From Clostridia bacterium (lineage in GTDB: Bacteria; Bacillota; Clostridia; Oscillospirales; CAG-272), in contig JAFSSK010000098.1 in NCBI GenBank assembly GCA_017451045.1, positions 14,561-78,560 on the forward strand: a stretch of 64,000 nt of DNA, written 5' to 3'. Both the position numbers and the translations under genes were made by a program. Numbering within the stretch: the first letter of the stretch is position 1; every line of letters begins with the position of its first letter. A model generated the notes under the pieces. That model was not told the DNA's origin and did no database searches. It saw only the letters and a list, made by a program, of their open reading frames with translations. Below are positions 45,697 through 56,508 of the stretch, in pieces.

Positions 45697-48303
45697 ATGG
45701 AATTGATGCTTCGCTATGACAGCCCCGCGCCGGACAGTGACGAAGGCTGGGAAAAATATTCCACACCCATCGGATGCGGATGGTACGGCGCCAACCTTTT
45801 CGGCGGTGTCGAACGCGACCGGATCCAGATCACTGAAAACGCAGCTGTCAATCCCTCTCACCTCGGCGGTCTGAACAGCTTCGCGGACCTGTACCTGAAT
45901 TTCCCCGGCGGAAACGTTACGGGATACAGAAGGACGCTGGACCTTTCCCGTTCGCTCGCTACCGTCCGGTATGAGAACGACGGCGTCTGGCTGGAGAAGC
46001 AGTATTTCGCTTCCTATCCCGACAGGGCGCTCGTGATCCGCGTGCGTTCCGCGGAGCCGGTCTCGTTCTCCGTGGAACTCAAGATCGCACATCTTACTGA
46101 AGAACCGGAGCGGAAAAAGGACGGCGTCGTCACAGTCGACGCGCCGAGGATCTTCATGAGCGGCAAGATGCATGCGATCGGATACCGCTTCGCGGCGGTC
46201 GCCACGGTCCGCTCAGACGGAACGGTCAGCAACGGGGATAATGTTCTCTGCGTCAACGGCGCGACAGACACGGACATCATCTTCTGCGGGGCGACGAACT
46301 ATGAACTGCGCCCGGAAGTCTTCCTGGAAGACGATCCGCAAAAGAAACTGCGCGACTTCGATCCGATGCCGCAGGCTCTGCAGCTCGCAGAGGCCACGAC
46401 CGCATATACGGCGGACGAGCTGCTGCAGCGCCATGTGGAAGATTATCAGACGATATTCGGCCGCGTGAGCCTGTCGCTGGGAGACGAAGAGATCCCGGGC
46501 GTCCCCACGGACAAGCTGCTCGAAGCCTACTCGAAAGGCAGCCGCAGCAAGTACCTCGAGGTCCTGTATTTCCAGTTCGGCAGATACCTTCTGATCTCCT
46601 CGTCAAGACCCGGAACGCTTCCTGCAAATCTGCAGGGCGTGTGGAACTGCCATGACCGGTCCCCCTGGGGCTCCGGGTACTGGCACAACATCAATGTCCA
46701 GATGAACTACTGGCCCGCGTTCGTAACGTCCATTCCGGAAACGTTCGAGGCCTATCAGGCCTTCTATGAGGCGTTTTTGCCGAAAACATGCCAGTTTGCC
46801 TCGGCTTTCGTCCGCGCGACCGTACCGGAAAACGCGACAGACGAACCCGGCGCGTGCGGCTGGGTCATCGGAACGGCGAACTACCCATATTCCGTATCAG
46901 GTCCGGGCGAGCATTCAGGGCCCGGGACAGGGGGTCTTACGAGCCAGCTGTTCTACGACCGTTTCGCGTTTTCCGCGAAGGACGACGATCTGCGTAAAAT
47001 AGCCCTTCCCGCCCTTTTGTCCATGGCAAAATTCTTTTTGCGCGTGGTACGCGATTACGACGGTCTCTACCTGTCCGTCTTTTCCGCTTCTCCGGAACAG
47101 ATCTTAACCTCCAACGGCTCCTGGCCGCCCGCCTACCACCATACCGTCGGCTGCGCCTTCGACCAGCAGATGATCTATGAAAACGCCAAGAACCTTCTGG
47201 ACTGCGTCAGCCGCGTAGGCGAAGAAACGCTTTCGGAGGAAGACCGCGCGATCGTTCAGGCGGTCCGCAAGCAGTTCGACCGTTACGACCCCGTCATCGT
47301 GGGCTGGAGCGGCCAGGTCAAGGAATTCCGGGAAGAAAAATATTACGGGGAGTACTGCGAGTACCGCCACAGACACATTTCCCAGCTGGTCGGCCTGTAT
47401 CCCGGGACGTCCATCTCAAGAGAAACGCCGGCCTGGCTGGATGCCGCGAAGGTCACTTTGAATCTGCGGTCTGACTTCTCGACCGGATGGGCGCTTGCGC
47501 ACCGGCTCAACGCCTGGGCGCGGACCGGCGACGGCAACCGGGCTTACCGGCTGTTCTCCAATCTGCTCGGCACCCGCACGCTGCCGAATCTCTGGGACTT
47601 CCATCCGCCTTTCCAGATCGACGGGAACCTGGGCGGCGTTTCCGGCGTAGCGGAGATGCTGGTCCAGAGCCACGAAGGCGTCATTCTTCCCCTTCCCGCC
47701 ATTCCTGATGAATGGGGCAGCGGTGAATTCAAGGGACTCTGCGCAAGAGGCGGATTCTCTCTGGACGTCCGCTGGGAAAACGGATGTGCGAAAGCCGTCA
47801 CGGTACACTCGCACGCCGGAAAACCCTGCCGGATCCGCTATCCGAGCCTTTCCAACGCAAAATTCGATTTCGGGCACCGGGTGGAGGACGCAGACACCGT
47901 CTGCTTCGATACGGAAGCGGGGCGTTCATACGAGATCCGCTCGATCCCGCCGTTCGTCAAAAAGCCGCACCCCGTTTCGCTCAAGGCGACAAGGCAGGGT
48001 GAGCTGTCCTGGGACTTCAAAGGGCCCGTGGACATCTGGCGCGCGGCAGACAGTTCCCCCGTATACGAAAAACTCGCAGGATACGTTTCCGGCGGAACGT
48101 GGCGCGTCCGGGACGATCTGTACAGCCGTTCGGAGACCGTCACGTACAAGATCACCCGAGCCGGCGAAGGGCCTTTGGCTGAAGGCGCCCGCGTCACGCT
48201 GAACCACTCGACGAAGCTGCAGCGCGAGCAGTACCGTTACCTGATCCGTCAGCTGAACCTTATCTGCGGCACTGCGGAAGCGACGGAATACCTGGGGGAG
48301 TAA
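45697..48303 (+). CDS. GH95 alpha-L-fucosidase family hydrolase, no signal peptide
   Basis: N-terminal 'W..YSTPIGCGWYGANLFGGVERDRIQITE' and 'LQGVWN..WGSGYWHNINVQMNYWPA' are GH95 signatures. RBS GAAGGAGA before ATG 45697. Confidence 0.8.
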   Translation: MELMLRYDSPAPDSDEGWEKYSTPIGCGWYGANLFGGVERDRIQITENAAVNPSHLGGLNSFADLYLNFPGGNVTGYRRTLDLSRSLATVRYENDGVWLEKQYFASYPDRALVIRVRSAEPVSFSVELKIAHLTEEPERKKDGVVTVDAPRIFMSGKMHAIGYRFAAVATVRSDGTVSNGDNVLCVNGATDTDIIFCGATNYELRPEVFLEDDPQKKLRDFDPMPQALQLAEATTAYTADELLQRHVEDYQTIFGRVSLSLGDEEIPGVPTDKLLEAYSKGSRSKYLEVLYFQFGRYLLISSSRPGTLPANLQGVWNCHDRSPWGSGYWHNINVQMNYWPAFVTSIPETFEAYQAFYEAFLPKTCQFASAFVRATVPENATDEPGACGWVIGTANYPYSVSGPGEHSGPGTGGLTSQLFYDRFAFSAKDDDLRKIALPALLSMAKFFLRVVRDYDGLYLSVFSASPEQILTSNGSWPPAYHHTVGCAFDQQMIYENAKNLLDCVSRVGEETLSEEDRAIVQAVRKQFDRYDPVIVGWSGQVKEFREEKYYGEYCEYRHRHISQLVGLYPGTSISRETPAWLDAAKVTLNLRSDFSTGWALAHRLNAWARTGDGNRAYRLFSNLLGTRTLPNLWDFHPPFQIDGNLGGVSGVAEMLVQSHEGVILPLPAIPDEWGSGEFKGLCARGGFSLDVRWENGCAKAVTVHSHAGKPCRIRYPSLSNAKFDFGHRVEDADTVCFDTEAGRSYEIRSIPPFVKKPHPVSLKATRQGELSWDFKGPVDIWRAADSSPVYEKLAGYVSGGTWRVRDDLYSRSETVTYKITRAGEGPLAEGARVTLNHSTKLQREQYRYLIRQLNLICGTAEATEYLGE

Positions 48304-48326
48304 TACCCCGCCAACAAAAAAACAGA

Positions 48327-48367
48327 CTCCTTTCACCGGTCATCCGGGGAGAGGGGCCTGCTTTTTT
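48327..48367 (+). terminator. Probable terminator after GH95
   Basis: CUCCUUUCACCGG-ucau-CCGGGGAGAGGGG (G-U rich stem) followed by CCUGCUUUUUU. Confidence 0.45.
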
Positions 48368-49141
48368 CTACCATTCGACTGCCGTTTCAAAAGTCTTCCC
48401 GAAGAATTCCCGGGCTTTTTCAACGGCAGCCCTGTCGGGCGGCAGCATTTCCTTATATGCATATTCTCTGCCGAGCGCTTCGTATTTTGCGGCGCCCAGC
48501 CTGTGGAACGGGAGAAGGTCTACATGACGGATGCCAGCCGCCGCCATCAGTTCCGCCATTTTTGAAAAACTATCCTGTGAAAGATTGAATCCGGGGATCA
48601 GGGGGATCCTGGCATGTACGCAATCTCCCCGCGCCACAAGACGCTGCAGGTTGCTTTTTATCAGCTGCAAATCGCCGCCGATCACGTCGCGACACAAGTC
48701 TTCATCCGCGGTTTTGACGTCGAAGTAATACATCTGGATCAGTCCGTCGAGCTTCTCAAAAGACTGCCACGGGACGCACCCGGCCGTATCGACCAGCAGT
48801 GGAATTCCTCTTTTACCAAGGGCCGCGGCCAGCTCCGCGACGCTTTCCGGGTGCAGCATGGGCTCGCCTCCGCTGACGGTCACGCCTCCGCCGTCCGCAC
48901 GGTAGAAATCTGTGTCTTCCGCGAGTTCTTCGACGAGCTGCCCGATTTCCGTCTCTTTTCCGTATAGCACGGTCTTCCCTGTCGCGCGATAGGTCAGGGT
49001 TTGCGGCCGGGCGTCGATGTTTTCAGGGTTGTGACACCACGGGCAGTGCAGATTGCATCCCTTTAGGAACACGGTGGTGCGGATGCCCGGACCGTCCCCG
49101 ACGGAAAACCGCTGGACGGATGATACGAACAGCGTCATCAT
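48368..49141 (-). CDS. Glycyl-radical enzyme activating protein (radical SAM, minimal PflA-like architecture)
   Basis: 'VQRFSVGDGPGIRTTVFLKGCNLHCPWCHNPE'. At 257 aa it has no ferredoxin-like CxxCxxCxxxC insert. ATGA overlap with the GRE gene. Confidence 0.9.
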   Translation of the reverse strand: MMTLFVSSVQRFSVGDGPGIRTTVFLKGCNLHCPWCHNPENIDARPQTLTYRATGKTVLYGKETEIGQLVEELAEDTDFYRADGGGVTVSGGEPMLHPESVAELAAALGKRGIPLLVDTAGCVPWQSFEKLDGLIQMYYFDVKTADEDLCRDVIGGDLQLIKSNLQRLVARGDCVHARIPLIPGFNLSQDSFSKMAELMAAAGIRHVDLLPFHRLGAAKYEALGREYAYKEMLPPDRAAVEKAREFFGKTFETAVEW

Positions 49142-51246
49142 ACCGCCTCGTGCTGCGTCCTGCTGAGGATGTCGTTCTGGACTTCCTTCGGCAGTATGAC
49201 GTACAGGGCCGAGAAGCCCGAAACACGGACGACGAGCGTCGGATATTTTTCCGGATGCGCGGATGCGTCCATGAGGACTTCTCTCGAGGTCGAATTGATC
49301 TGGATCTCCTGGCCGCCGCGGCTGAAATAGATGCGGATCAACTGCCTGAGTTTCTGCCGCTTTCCGTCCTGGAAGACCGACGGCGAGAATTTCTGGTTGA
49401 CGACCGTTCCGCAGGCACAGCGGGTATAGTCCGGTTTGGAGACGCTGAGCAGCGTGGCGGTCACGCCGCGCTCGTCCTTCCCGTATGTCGGGGACGCCGC
49501 GTCAGAAAGAGGCTGGCCGGCAAGTCTGCCGTCCGGGGTGGCTTTCAGGTCCTTCCCCGCATAGATGTTGGTTACGTTCGCGGCCATGGCGATGTAGTAC
49601 GGCCCGCCGTCGTACGTCCGCTTCCTGTCGAAAAGATCCGCCAGATATCCTGTGTACCAGACGGCGTATTTGTCCACGAAATCATTGTTGTTGCCGTATT
49701 TGGGCGCCGCCTTCACCAATTCATGCAGCGTTTCGAACCCTTCGAAGTTGGCGTTGATGGCGGCCGTGATATCGGAGAGCTTCGCTTTGTGATCCGTAAA
49801 CACGACCTGCTCGATGGCGGCCAGCGAGTCGCTGACCGTTCCGATGCCCATCAGCACGGCGCCGTGCGTGGACGGATATTTCGCGCCGCCCATGTTGATG
49901 TCCTTCCCGCGTTCGATGCAGCAGTCGCAGAAGCAGGACATAAAGGGGGATGTGCACATTTTCGGATCGGCAACGGCAGAAGCTCTGGAGAACCATTCCG
50001 TATATTTGTCGACACCCCAGGCAAGACGCTCCTTGTACCGTTCCATGAACGCGTCCATGGACGGGATCGCGTCCAGTTCCTCAGTAGGCGTTTTGCAAAG
50101 CACGTCCTCCAAAAACATGATCGGATCGAACCGTCCGTCTGACCACGCCGGCTGCTTCCCGGTTATGAAGTTTTCAATGCATCCGACCATGCAGTAATCC
50201 CGCACGTCCTCTTCCTCGTAACCGTACCTTCTCAAAGCCGCCATGTTGACACTGTCGTTCATCAAGGCGGGGTATCCGAGTCCTGTCCCGATGACTTTCA
50301 GGCATTCGTCCAGGAACTCGTCCGGCGCATCTTCCGGTACCCGCGCAGAAAGATTCTGGCCCGGCAGGTGCACTTCGTCGACCGCGTGCAGCACGCAGTA
50401 GCTCAGCGGATTGATGGCGCACTTTCCGTCCGGTGTCGTGCCGCCGATGCAGATGTTGATCACGTCGTATGTGCCGTCGCGGTATTTACTTTCGCCGATC
50501 TTGGCAAAGACGTTGGCAAGCAGTTCCTGCGCGCCGTCGTCCGTGAGGCGCCCGCACGCTATGTCGCTTTCATACAGGCTGTAAAGGAACTGATCGATCC
50601 GCCCCAGCGCCATGGCTCCCTTTCCTTCGCTGACGAAGCAGGTGTGGATCAGCCAGACGAGCTGAAGCCCCTGCGCAAAAGTCTGCGGAGCGTTCCACGC
50701 GATAGCTGTGCAGTTGTCCTGTATCATGCGCAGTCTTTCCGTGTCGTACCCTTCCGTTCCGATCAGTTCGCCTGCTTTCCTTGCGTAGGACAGAAGCAGT
50801 TCTCGAAACGCCAGAAGCGTGATCTTCATGCTTGAAAGATAATCGAGTTCGTCCTCGCTGTGTTGACCGTTCGCAGCCGAGCGGTCTATATGCTCCAGAA
50901 GACCCGGGATCCCGATCCGGGCAGCCGTCATGTAATCGGCCGCGAAATGATCTGCATTCGTATGGAAATTCCGTTCTTTGTGGATCTCCATCCACTTTTT
51001 TGCTTCTGCGGCTTCCGATTCGTTACTTACCATATAGAGCGGACGGATGCTGCCAACGATCAGGTCGTTTTGATAGATGAACGGTTCATATGACGTGAAA
51101 AGGGCAGCCAGCCCGTATGCGCGGCGGCGGTAAGGAGTGTCTTTCTCGTGCGCGGCGTATCCGCGCATGCGAAGCAGTTCCGGGGATAGTCTGCCGGCCG
51201 GCACCTGATCCAATTCAGTTTTCAAGGCTTCCGTGATCTTTCTCAC
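49138..51246 (-). CDS. Glycyl radical enzyme (PFL-like superfamily), 702 aa, substrate unknown
   Basis: C-terminal glycyl-radical motif 'VVRVSGFSALYV' and thiyl-loop 'YCMVGCIENF' (single Cys, Glu at +2). GTG start preceded by AAGGAGAGG. Confidence 0.85.
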   Translation of the reverse strand: MRKITEALKTELDQVPAGRLSPELLRMRGYAAHEKDTPYRRRAYGLAALFTSYEPFIYQNDLIVGSIRPLYMVSNESEAAEAKKWMEIHKERNFHTNADHFAADYMTAARIGIPGLLEHIDRSAANGQHSEDELDYLSSMKITLLAFRELLLSYARKAGELIGTEGYDTERLRMIQDNCTAIAWNAPQTFAQGLQLVWLIHTCFVSEGKGAMALGRIDQFLYSLYESDIACGRLTDDGAQELLANVFAKIGESKYRDGTYDVINICIGGTTPDGKCAINPLSYCVLHAVDEVHLPGQNLSARVPEDAPDEFLDECLKVIGTGLGYPALMNDSVNMAALRRYGYEEEDVRDYCMVGCIENFITGKQPAWSDGRFDPIMFLEDVLCKTPTEELDAIPSMDAFMERYKERLAWGVDKYTEWFSRASAVADPKMCTSPFMSCFCDCCIERGKDINMGGAKYPSTHGAVLMGIGTVSDSLAAIEQVVFTDHKAKLSDITAAINANFEGFETLHELVKAAPKYGNNNDFVDKYAVWYTGYLADLFDRKRTYDGGPYYIAMAANVTNIYAGKDLKATPDGRLAGQPLSDAASPTYGKDERGVTATLLSVSKPDYTRCACGTVVNQKFSPSVFQDGKRQKLRQLIRIYFSRGGQEIQINSTSREVLMDASAHPEKYPTLVVRVSGFSALYVILPKEVQNDILSRTQHEAV

Positions 51247-51309
51247 CCTGCGGCCTCTCCTTTTGCTCTTCCGACTTCTTTCGCATCTTTTGAAGAGCGG
51301 CTTTGATTT

Positions 51310-51338
51310 ATTATATCACACTCTCATGCAACTGAAAA
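51310..51338 (-). promoter_or_regulatory. Candidate promoter of the GRE-activase pair
   Basis: Minus strand: TTTTCA, 17 nt, TATAAT with a TGa extended -10. Confidence 0.45.
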
Positions 51339-51400
51339 CATCTGGCAGACAAAAAACGATGTCCGGGCGTTTTCCGACTTGCTCCCAGCCTTCCGTTTCC

Positions 51401-51429
51401 TTGACAGTAAGATATACAGATGCTATAAT
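51401..51429 (+). promoter_or_regulatory. Consensus sigma-A promoter of holA...rsmG
   Basis: TTGACA, 17 nt, TATAAT with a TGc extended -10. Confidence 0.7.
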
Positions 51430-51464
51430 TATTTTACTATTAAAATGGGAAGGAGGCACATATC

Positions 51465-52502
51465 ATGAAGGATCTGCTGCCCGGCGGCGAGTTTGAAAAA
51501 CAGATCAGGAATTCACCCGCTACCGGCTATCTGCTGTTCGGAGAAGAAGACTATCTCAAGCAGCATGCGGTATCTGTTGCACGGTCCGTCCTGTGCCCCG
51601 AACCCGAATTCGCAGCGTTCAACGACATAAAGGTCGACGCCCTCGAGTTTTCTCCAGACGTTCTGCTGGACAGTATCATGGCATATCCCATGATGGCCGA
51701 CAGAAAACTGATCACGCTGACCGGCCTTCAGCCGTCGGCCATGTCGTCTTCGGAGCTTTCGCAGCTGTGCGAGGTTTTGCAGGCGCTTGAGGAATACGAT
51801 TACAACACGCTGCTCCTCGTCGTTGCCTCGGACGGACTTGATCCGGGGTATCTCCCCAAGCGTCCGTCACCCGTCCTGAGCAAGCTGGGAGAGACGCTTG
51901 TACCCGTTCGGTTCGAAAAGAACACGCCGGCGAAACTGGCCGCCTGGGTCGGCCGCCATTTCACCCATTACGGTGTGAGTGCCTCCGGCGCTTTATGCCA
52001 GAAACTGATCGACTACTGCGGGACCGGGATGTACATCCTTGCCTCGGAGATCGAAAAACTTTGCTATTACATCCTGTCTCAAGGGCGGAAAGAGGCTACG
52101 GAGGCAGATATCGAGGCGGTGGCCGTCGCCGTTCCGGAATATGATTCGTTCGCCCTGACGAACGCGCTGCTGCAGCAGAAACCGGACGAGGCGCTGCAGG
52201 TACTTCAGAAACTCAAGAGCAGCCGCACGGATCCCGTCATCATCATGGCGGAGATTGACCGCTGCTTCTGCGAACTGTGCTACGTATGCGCCATGATCAG
52301 GCAGGGGCTCACCAACAGGGAGATCTCCTCGGCCACGAACATACACGAATTCAAGATCAACATTTACAGAAAAGCCTGCTCATCGATTCCTCCCGCAAAG
52401 CTGCGAACCATCTTAGACAGGTGCAGCGAAGCGGATATCGCGCTCAAGTCTTCGGTGCAGACGGGATACTCCGCCGTCGAAAGACTGATCTGTACATTCT
52501 AA
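51465..52502 (+). CDS. holA: DNA polymerase III subunit delta
   Basis: 'YLLFGEEDYLK' N-terminus, about 345 aa, with the clamp-loader delta pattern. Confidence 0.8.
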   Translation: MKDLLPGGEFEKQIRNSPATGYLLFGEEDYLKQHAVSVARSVLCPEPEFAAFNDIKVDALEFSPDVLLDSIMAYPMMADRKLITLTGLQPSAMSSSELSQLCEVLQALEEYDYNTLLLVVASDGLDPGYLPKRPSPVLSKLGETLVPVRFEKNTPAKLAAWVGRHFTHYGVSASGALCQKLIDYCGTGMYILASEIEKLCYYILSQGRKEATEADIEAVAVAVPEYDSFALTNALLQQKPDEALQVLQKLKSSRTDPVIIMAEIDRCFCELCYVCAMIRQGLTNREISSATNIHEFKINIYRKACSSIPPAKLRTILDRCSEADIALKSSVQTGYSAVERLICTF

Positions 52503-52523
52503 GCAGAACTGGAAGAAAAACTT

Positions 52524-53294
52524 ATGAAAATACTGACTATCGGAGACGTGGTCGGCAGCTGCGGCCTGAATTATCTTCAGGACCGGCTGTGGCAGTACCG
52601 CGACAAAACGGGTGTCGACTTCGTCGTCGCGAACGGCGAAAACGTCACGAACGTCCGCGGCCTGTCAAGAGCGGACGCAGAGGCGCTGCTCCGCTGCGGC
52701 GTAGACCTGATCACCCTCGGCAACCATGCTTTCGGCATGAAAGATCTGTACGGCTTCCTTGATGAAGACGAACGGATCATCCGTCCCGCCAACTATCCCG
52801 CGGGTTCGCCGGGCAACGGGTATGTGATCAGGAACGTCGACGGGTGGAGGATCCTCTTCATCAACGTCCAGGGCACCGTGTTCATGGAGCCGCTCAACAG
52901 TCCCTTCGAGGCGATCGAGCGAATCCTTTCCAGGGAGAGCGGTCAGTTCGACTCCGCTGTCATAGACGTCCACGCGGAGAGCACGTCGGAAAAACTGGCC
53001 GTGGCCCGCACTTTTTCCGGACAGGCGGCCGTGATCTTCGGCACGCACACGCACGTGGCGACGGCAGACGAGCAGATCCTTCCCGGCGGAACGGGGTACA
53101 TCACGGATATCGGCATGACCGGCGCTGTGGACAGCATCCTTGGCACCGTGACGGAAAACGTCCTCGTTCGTTTCAGAACGCATCTGCCCGCTCCGATGGA
53201 TGCGGCGGCCGGAAAAGCGTCCGCAAGCGGCGCCCTGTTCACCGTCGATCCTGCGAAAAACACATGTACGGCTCTGTCCCGCATTTCATTTTAG
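52524..53294 (+). CDS. ymdB: YmdB-family metallophosphoesterase (2',3'-cyclic-nucleotide phosphodiesterase)
   Basis: 'MKILTIGDVVG', 'VVANGEN', 'ITLGNHAF', 'VIDVHAESTSEK', 'GTHTHVATADEQILPGGTGYITDIGMTG'. Confidence 0.9.
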   Translation: MKILTIGDVVGSCGLNYLQDRLWQYRDKTGVDFVVANGENVTNVRGLSRADAEALLRCGVDLITLGNHAFGMKDLYGFLDEDERIIRPANYPAGSPGNGYVIRNVDGWRILFINVQGTVFMEPLNSPFEAIERILSRESGQFDSAVIDVHAESTSEKLAVARTFSGQAAVIFGTHTHVATADEQILPGGTGYITDIGMTGAVDSILGTVTENVLVRFRTHLPAPMDAAAGKASASGALFTVDPAKNTCTALSRISF

Positions 53295-53306
53295 AAAGGT
53301 TTTACT

Positions 53307-54548
53307 ATGAGCTCTATCAAAGACATAAAACTCGCCCCCTCCGGGCACGAAAAGATCAACTGGGTGAAGTCCTACATGCCCATTTTGAACCTGGTAGAGG
53401 AGGAATTCAGACGCACCCGGCCTTTTGACGGGATGAATCTGACCATGTCCATCCACCTGGAAGCAAAAACGGCCTACCTTGCGCAGGTACTGATGGCTGG
53501 CGGAGCCCGGGTCTTCGCAACGGGATGCAACCCGCTGTCCACGCAGGACGACGTCGCCGCGGCCCTTGCCGAGAGCGGCGCACAGGTCTTTGCCCACCAC
53601 GGTGCAACGGACGAAGAGTACACGGCGGATCTTTTGTCTGCGCTAAGCTGCTGTCCCGATCTGCTGATCGACGACGGCGGGGATCTGATCGCGCTGCTCC
53701 ACGGCGAGCACAAGGATCTGGGGAAGAATCTGATCGGCGGCTGCGAGGAAACGACGACGGGCGTCCACAGGCTGATGGCGAGGCAGGCGGCCGGGCTTCT
53801 CAACTATACCATGATCGACGTGAACGACGCGGACTGCAAGCACCTGTTCGACAACCGCTACGGCACCGGTCAGTCCACGCTCGACGGCATCATGCACTCG
53901 ACGAACCTGATCATTGCCGGCAAGACCGTCGTCATCGCGGGATACGGCTGGTGCGGAAAAGGTCTTGCCATGCGCGCCAAAGGAATGGGCGCTGTCGTGA
54001 TCATTACGGAGATCGACCCGGTGAAGGCGCTGGAAGCCGTCATGGACGGATTCACCGTCATGACCATGGACGAGGCCGCCCCGCTCGGAGATCTTTTCGT
54101 CACGCTCACGGGCTGCGAGGACGTCATCAGGGAAAGGCACTTCCGCGTCATGAAAGACGGTGCGCTGCTTGCAAACAGCGGACACTTCGACGTGGAGATC
54201 AACAAGAAGGAACTTTCTTCCCTGGCAGAGAAGATCTGGGTAAGGAAGCCGAACATCACCGGATACAGAATGCCCGACGGCAGGATCCTGAACCTTCTTG
54301 CAGAAGGGCGCCTAGTCAACCTGGCAGCAGGAAACGGACACCCGGCGGAGATCATGGACATGTCTTTCGGGATCCAGGCGAAATCCCTGGAGTACCTTGC
54401 CAAGACGAAAGGAACGCTCGAGAAGAAAGTATACGCCGTGCCGGCCGATATCGACCGGGCGGTCGCCGAGATCAAACTGAAGGCGATGAACATATCCATC
54501 GATTCGCTGACGCAAGCCCAGAAAGACTACCTTTCCCGCGTTGAATGA
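53307..54548 (+). CDS. ahcY: Adenosylhomocysteinase
   Basis: '[11 protein letters not shown]', '[17 protein letters not shown]', 'DDGGDL', 'GCEETTTGV', and NAD site '[11 protein letters not shown]'. Confidence 0.95.
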   Translation: MSSIKDIKLAPSGHEKINWVKSYMPILNLVEEEFRRTRPFDGMNLTMSIHLEAKTAYLAQVLMAGGARVFATGCNPLSTQDDVAAALAESGAQVFAHHGATDEEYTADLLSALSCCPDLLIDDGGDLIALLHGEHKDLGKNLIGGCEETTTGVHRLMARQAAGLLNYTMIDVNDADCKHLFDNRYGTGQSTLDGIMHSTNLIIAGKTVVIAGYGWCGKGLAMRAKGMGAVVIITEIDPVKALEAVMDGFTVMTMDEAAPLGDLFVTLTGCEDVIRERHFRVMKDGALLANSGHFDVEINKKELSSLAEKIWVRKPNITGYRMPDGRILNLLAEGRLVNLAAGNGHPAEIMDMSFGIQAKSLEYLAKTKGTLEKKVYAVPADIDRAVAEIKLKAMNISIDSLTQAQKDYLSRVE

Positions 54549-54562
54549 CCGGAAGGAAAGAA

Positions 54563-56473
54563 ATGGCACAACAGACAGACAACACAAATACGAATATCAT
54601 CAACAGGACCGAGGTAGGCGTCGTCGGAGCCGGACACGCGGGCATCGAAGCCGCGCTGGCCTGCGCGCGCATGGGCGTAGACACGGTCCTTTTCACGATG
54701 TCTTTCGAGTCCATCGCCAACATGCCCTGCAACCCCTCCATCGGCGGAACGGCAAAAGGCCATCTGGTCTTTGAGATCGACGCGCTTGGCGGCGAGATGG
54801 GCCGGGCGGCGGATCTCTGCACGCTCCAGTCCCGCACCCTAAATCTGGGAAAGGGCGCCGCGGTCCATTCCAAGCGCGTGCAGGCGGACAGGAAAAGATA
54901 TCACACCTACATGAAGCACCTGCTAGAAAAGACGCCCAACCTGCGCCTTGTCCAGGCGGAGGTCACAGAACTCGTCACCTCCGATCTCGGCGGCGGCAGA
55001 TATGCCGTTACGGGCGTAAAGACCCGGATGGGCGAAACGTGGGAATGCCGCGCCGTCATCCTCTGTACGGGCACGTACCTGGAAGGGGAGATCTTCGTGG
55101 GCGACGTCCATTACGGCGCCGGCCCTGACGGATTTCTTCCCGCGAAAGGCCTTTCGGCCAGCCTGCAGGCTCTCGGCGTCAGGCTGATGCGGTTCAAGAC
55201 GGGAACTCCCGCCCGCGTCAACAGACGCTCCATCAAACTGGACGAACTGGAACTTCAGCCGGGCGAGGCCGATATCACGCCGTACTGCTCCGAGCACAGC
55301 CCGGACATGTTCGAGGATCTTGATCAGGAGCCCTGCTACATCGTTTACACCAACAGCGACACGCATAAGATCATCCGGGACAACCTGCACAGAAGCGCCC
55401 TTTATTCCGGAAACATCCACGGAACAGGACCACGGTACTGTCCGTCCATCGAGGACAAAATCGTCCGCTTCTCGGACAAGGAACGCCACCAGCTCTTCGT
55501 GGAACCGCTCGGAGAGCAGACCGAAGAGATGTATATCCAGGGCTTTTCCACTTCCCTGCCGACCGACGTCCAGCAGAAAATGTACCGCACCCTGCCGGGA
55601 TTCGAGAACTGCGAGATCATGCGCTACGCCTACGCGATCGAATACGACTGCATCGACCCGACGCAGCTGTACCCGACGCTCGGGTTCAAGACAGTGGACG
55701 GGCTTTACGGCGCCGGACAGTTCAACGGCACCTCAGGCTACGAGGAGGCGGGCGCGCAGGGTCTTGTGGCCGGCATCAACGCAGCACTATGGATCCAGGG
55801 GAAAGAACCGCTGATCCTGGACCGCGCGGACAGCTACATCGGCACCCTGATCGACGACCTTGTCACCAAAGGGACGAACGAGCCGTACCGTATGATGACG
55901 TCCCGCTCCGAGTACCGCCTGGTTCTGCGGCAGGACAATGCCGATCTGCGGCTCACGCCGAAGGGCTATGCCTGCGGGCTCGTGCCGGAAGAGAAATACC
56001 AAAAATTCGTTTTGAAAAAACAGGCGGAGGAAGCCGAGATCGAGCGGCTGAATCATACCTATGTCAGTCCCGAGAAGGCCAATGCGCTGCTGGAAAGCCT
56101 GAACGAGTCTCCTCTTTCGTCCGGCGCGTCTTTAGCGGACCTGTTGCGCCGTCCGGCGGTGTTCTACGATTCGCTGGCAGCCATCGACGACAACCGTCCC
56201 GATCTTCCCCTTCCGGTGCGCCAGACCGTGGAGGTCAGCGTCAAATACCAGGGGTATATCGAGAAGGAACTGCAGGAGATCGTGCGGCATAAGAAAATGG
56301 AAACGAAAAAACTGCCCGAGGACATCGATTACAGCAAGCTGAAAGGCCTGCGTCTGGAAGCCGCTCAGAAACTGAACGACATCCGGCCGTTAACCATCGG
56401 GCAGGCCGCCAGGATCAGCGGGGTCAACCCCGCGGACATCTCCGTCCTGCTGATCCTTCTGGGTTTAAAATAG
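54563..56473 (+). CDS. mnmG: tRNA uridine 5-carboxymethylaminomethyl modification enzyme MnmG (GidA)
   Basis: '[12 protein letters not shown]', '[12 protein letters not shown]', '[11 protein letters not shown]' and '[13 protein letters not shown]'. The alternative start at ATG 54545 would overlap the ahcY stop (ATGA). Confidence 0.9.
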   Translation: MAQQTDNTNTNIINRTEVGVVGAGHAGIEAALACARMGVDTVLFTMSFESIANMPCNPSIGGTAKGHLVFEIDALGGEMGRAADLCTLQSRTLNLGKGAAVHSKRVQADRKRYHTYMKHLLEKTPNLRLVQAEVTELVTSDLGGGRYAVTGVKTRMGETWECRAVILCTGTYLEGEIFVGDVHYGAGPDGFLPAKGLSASLQALGVRLMRFKTGTPARVNRRSIKLDELELQPGEADITPYCSEHSPDMFEDLDQEPCYIVYTNSDTHKIIRDNLHRSALYSGNIHGTGPRYCPSIEDKIVRFSDKERHQLFVEPLGEQTEEMYIQGFSTSLPTDVQQKMYRTLPGFENCEIMRYAYAIEYDCIDPTQLYPTLGFKTVDGLYGAGQFNGTSGYEEAGAQGLVAGINAALWIQGKEPLILDRADSYIGTLIDDLVTKGTNEPYRMMTSRSEYRLVLRQDNADLRLTPKGYACGLVPEEKYQKFVLKKQAEEAEIERLNHTYVSPEKANALLESLNESPLSSGASLADLLRRPAVFYDSLAAIDDNRPDLPLPVRQTVEVSVKYQGYIEKELQEIVRHKKMETKKLPEDIDYSKLKGLRLEAAQKLNDIRPLTIGQAARISGVNPADISVLLILLGLK

Positions 56474-56508
56474 CGATTTCAAAAGAACAGATGGAGGAAT
56501 GGCTCGTT

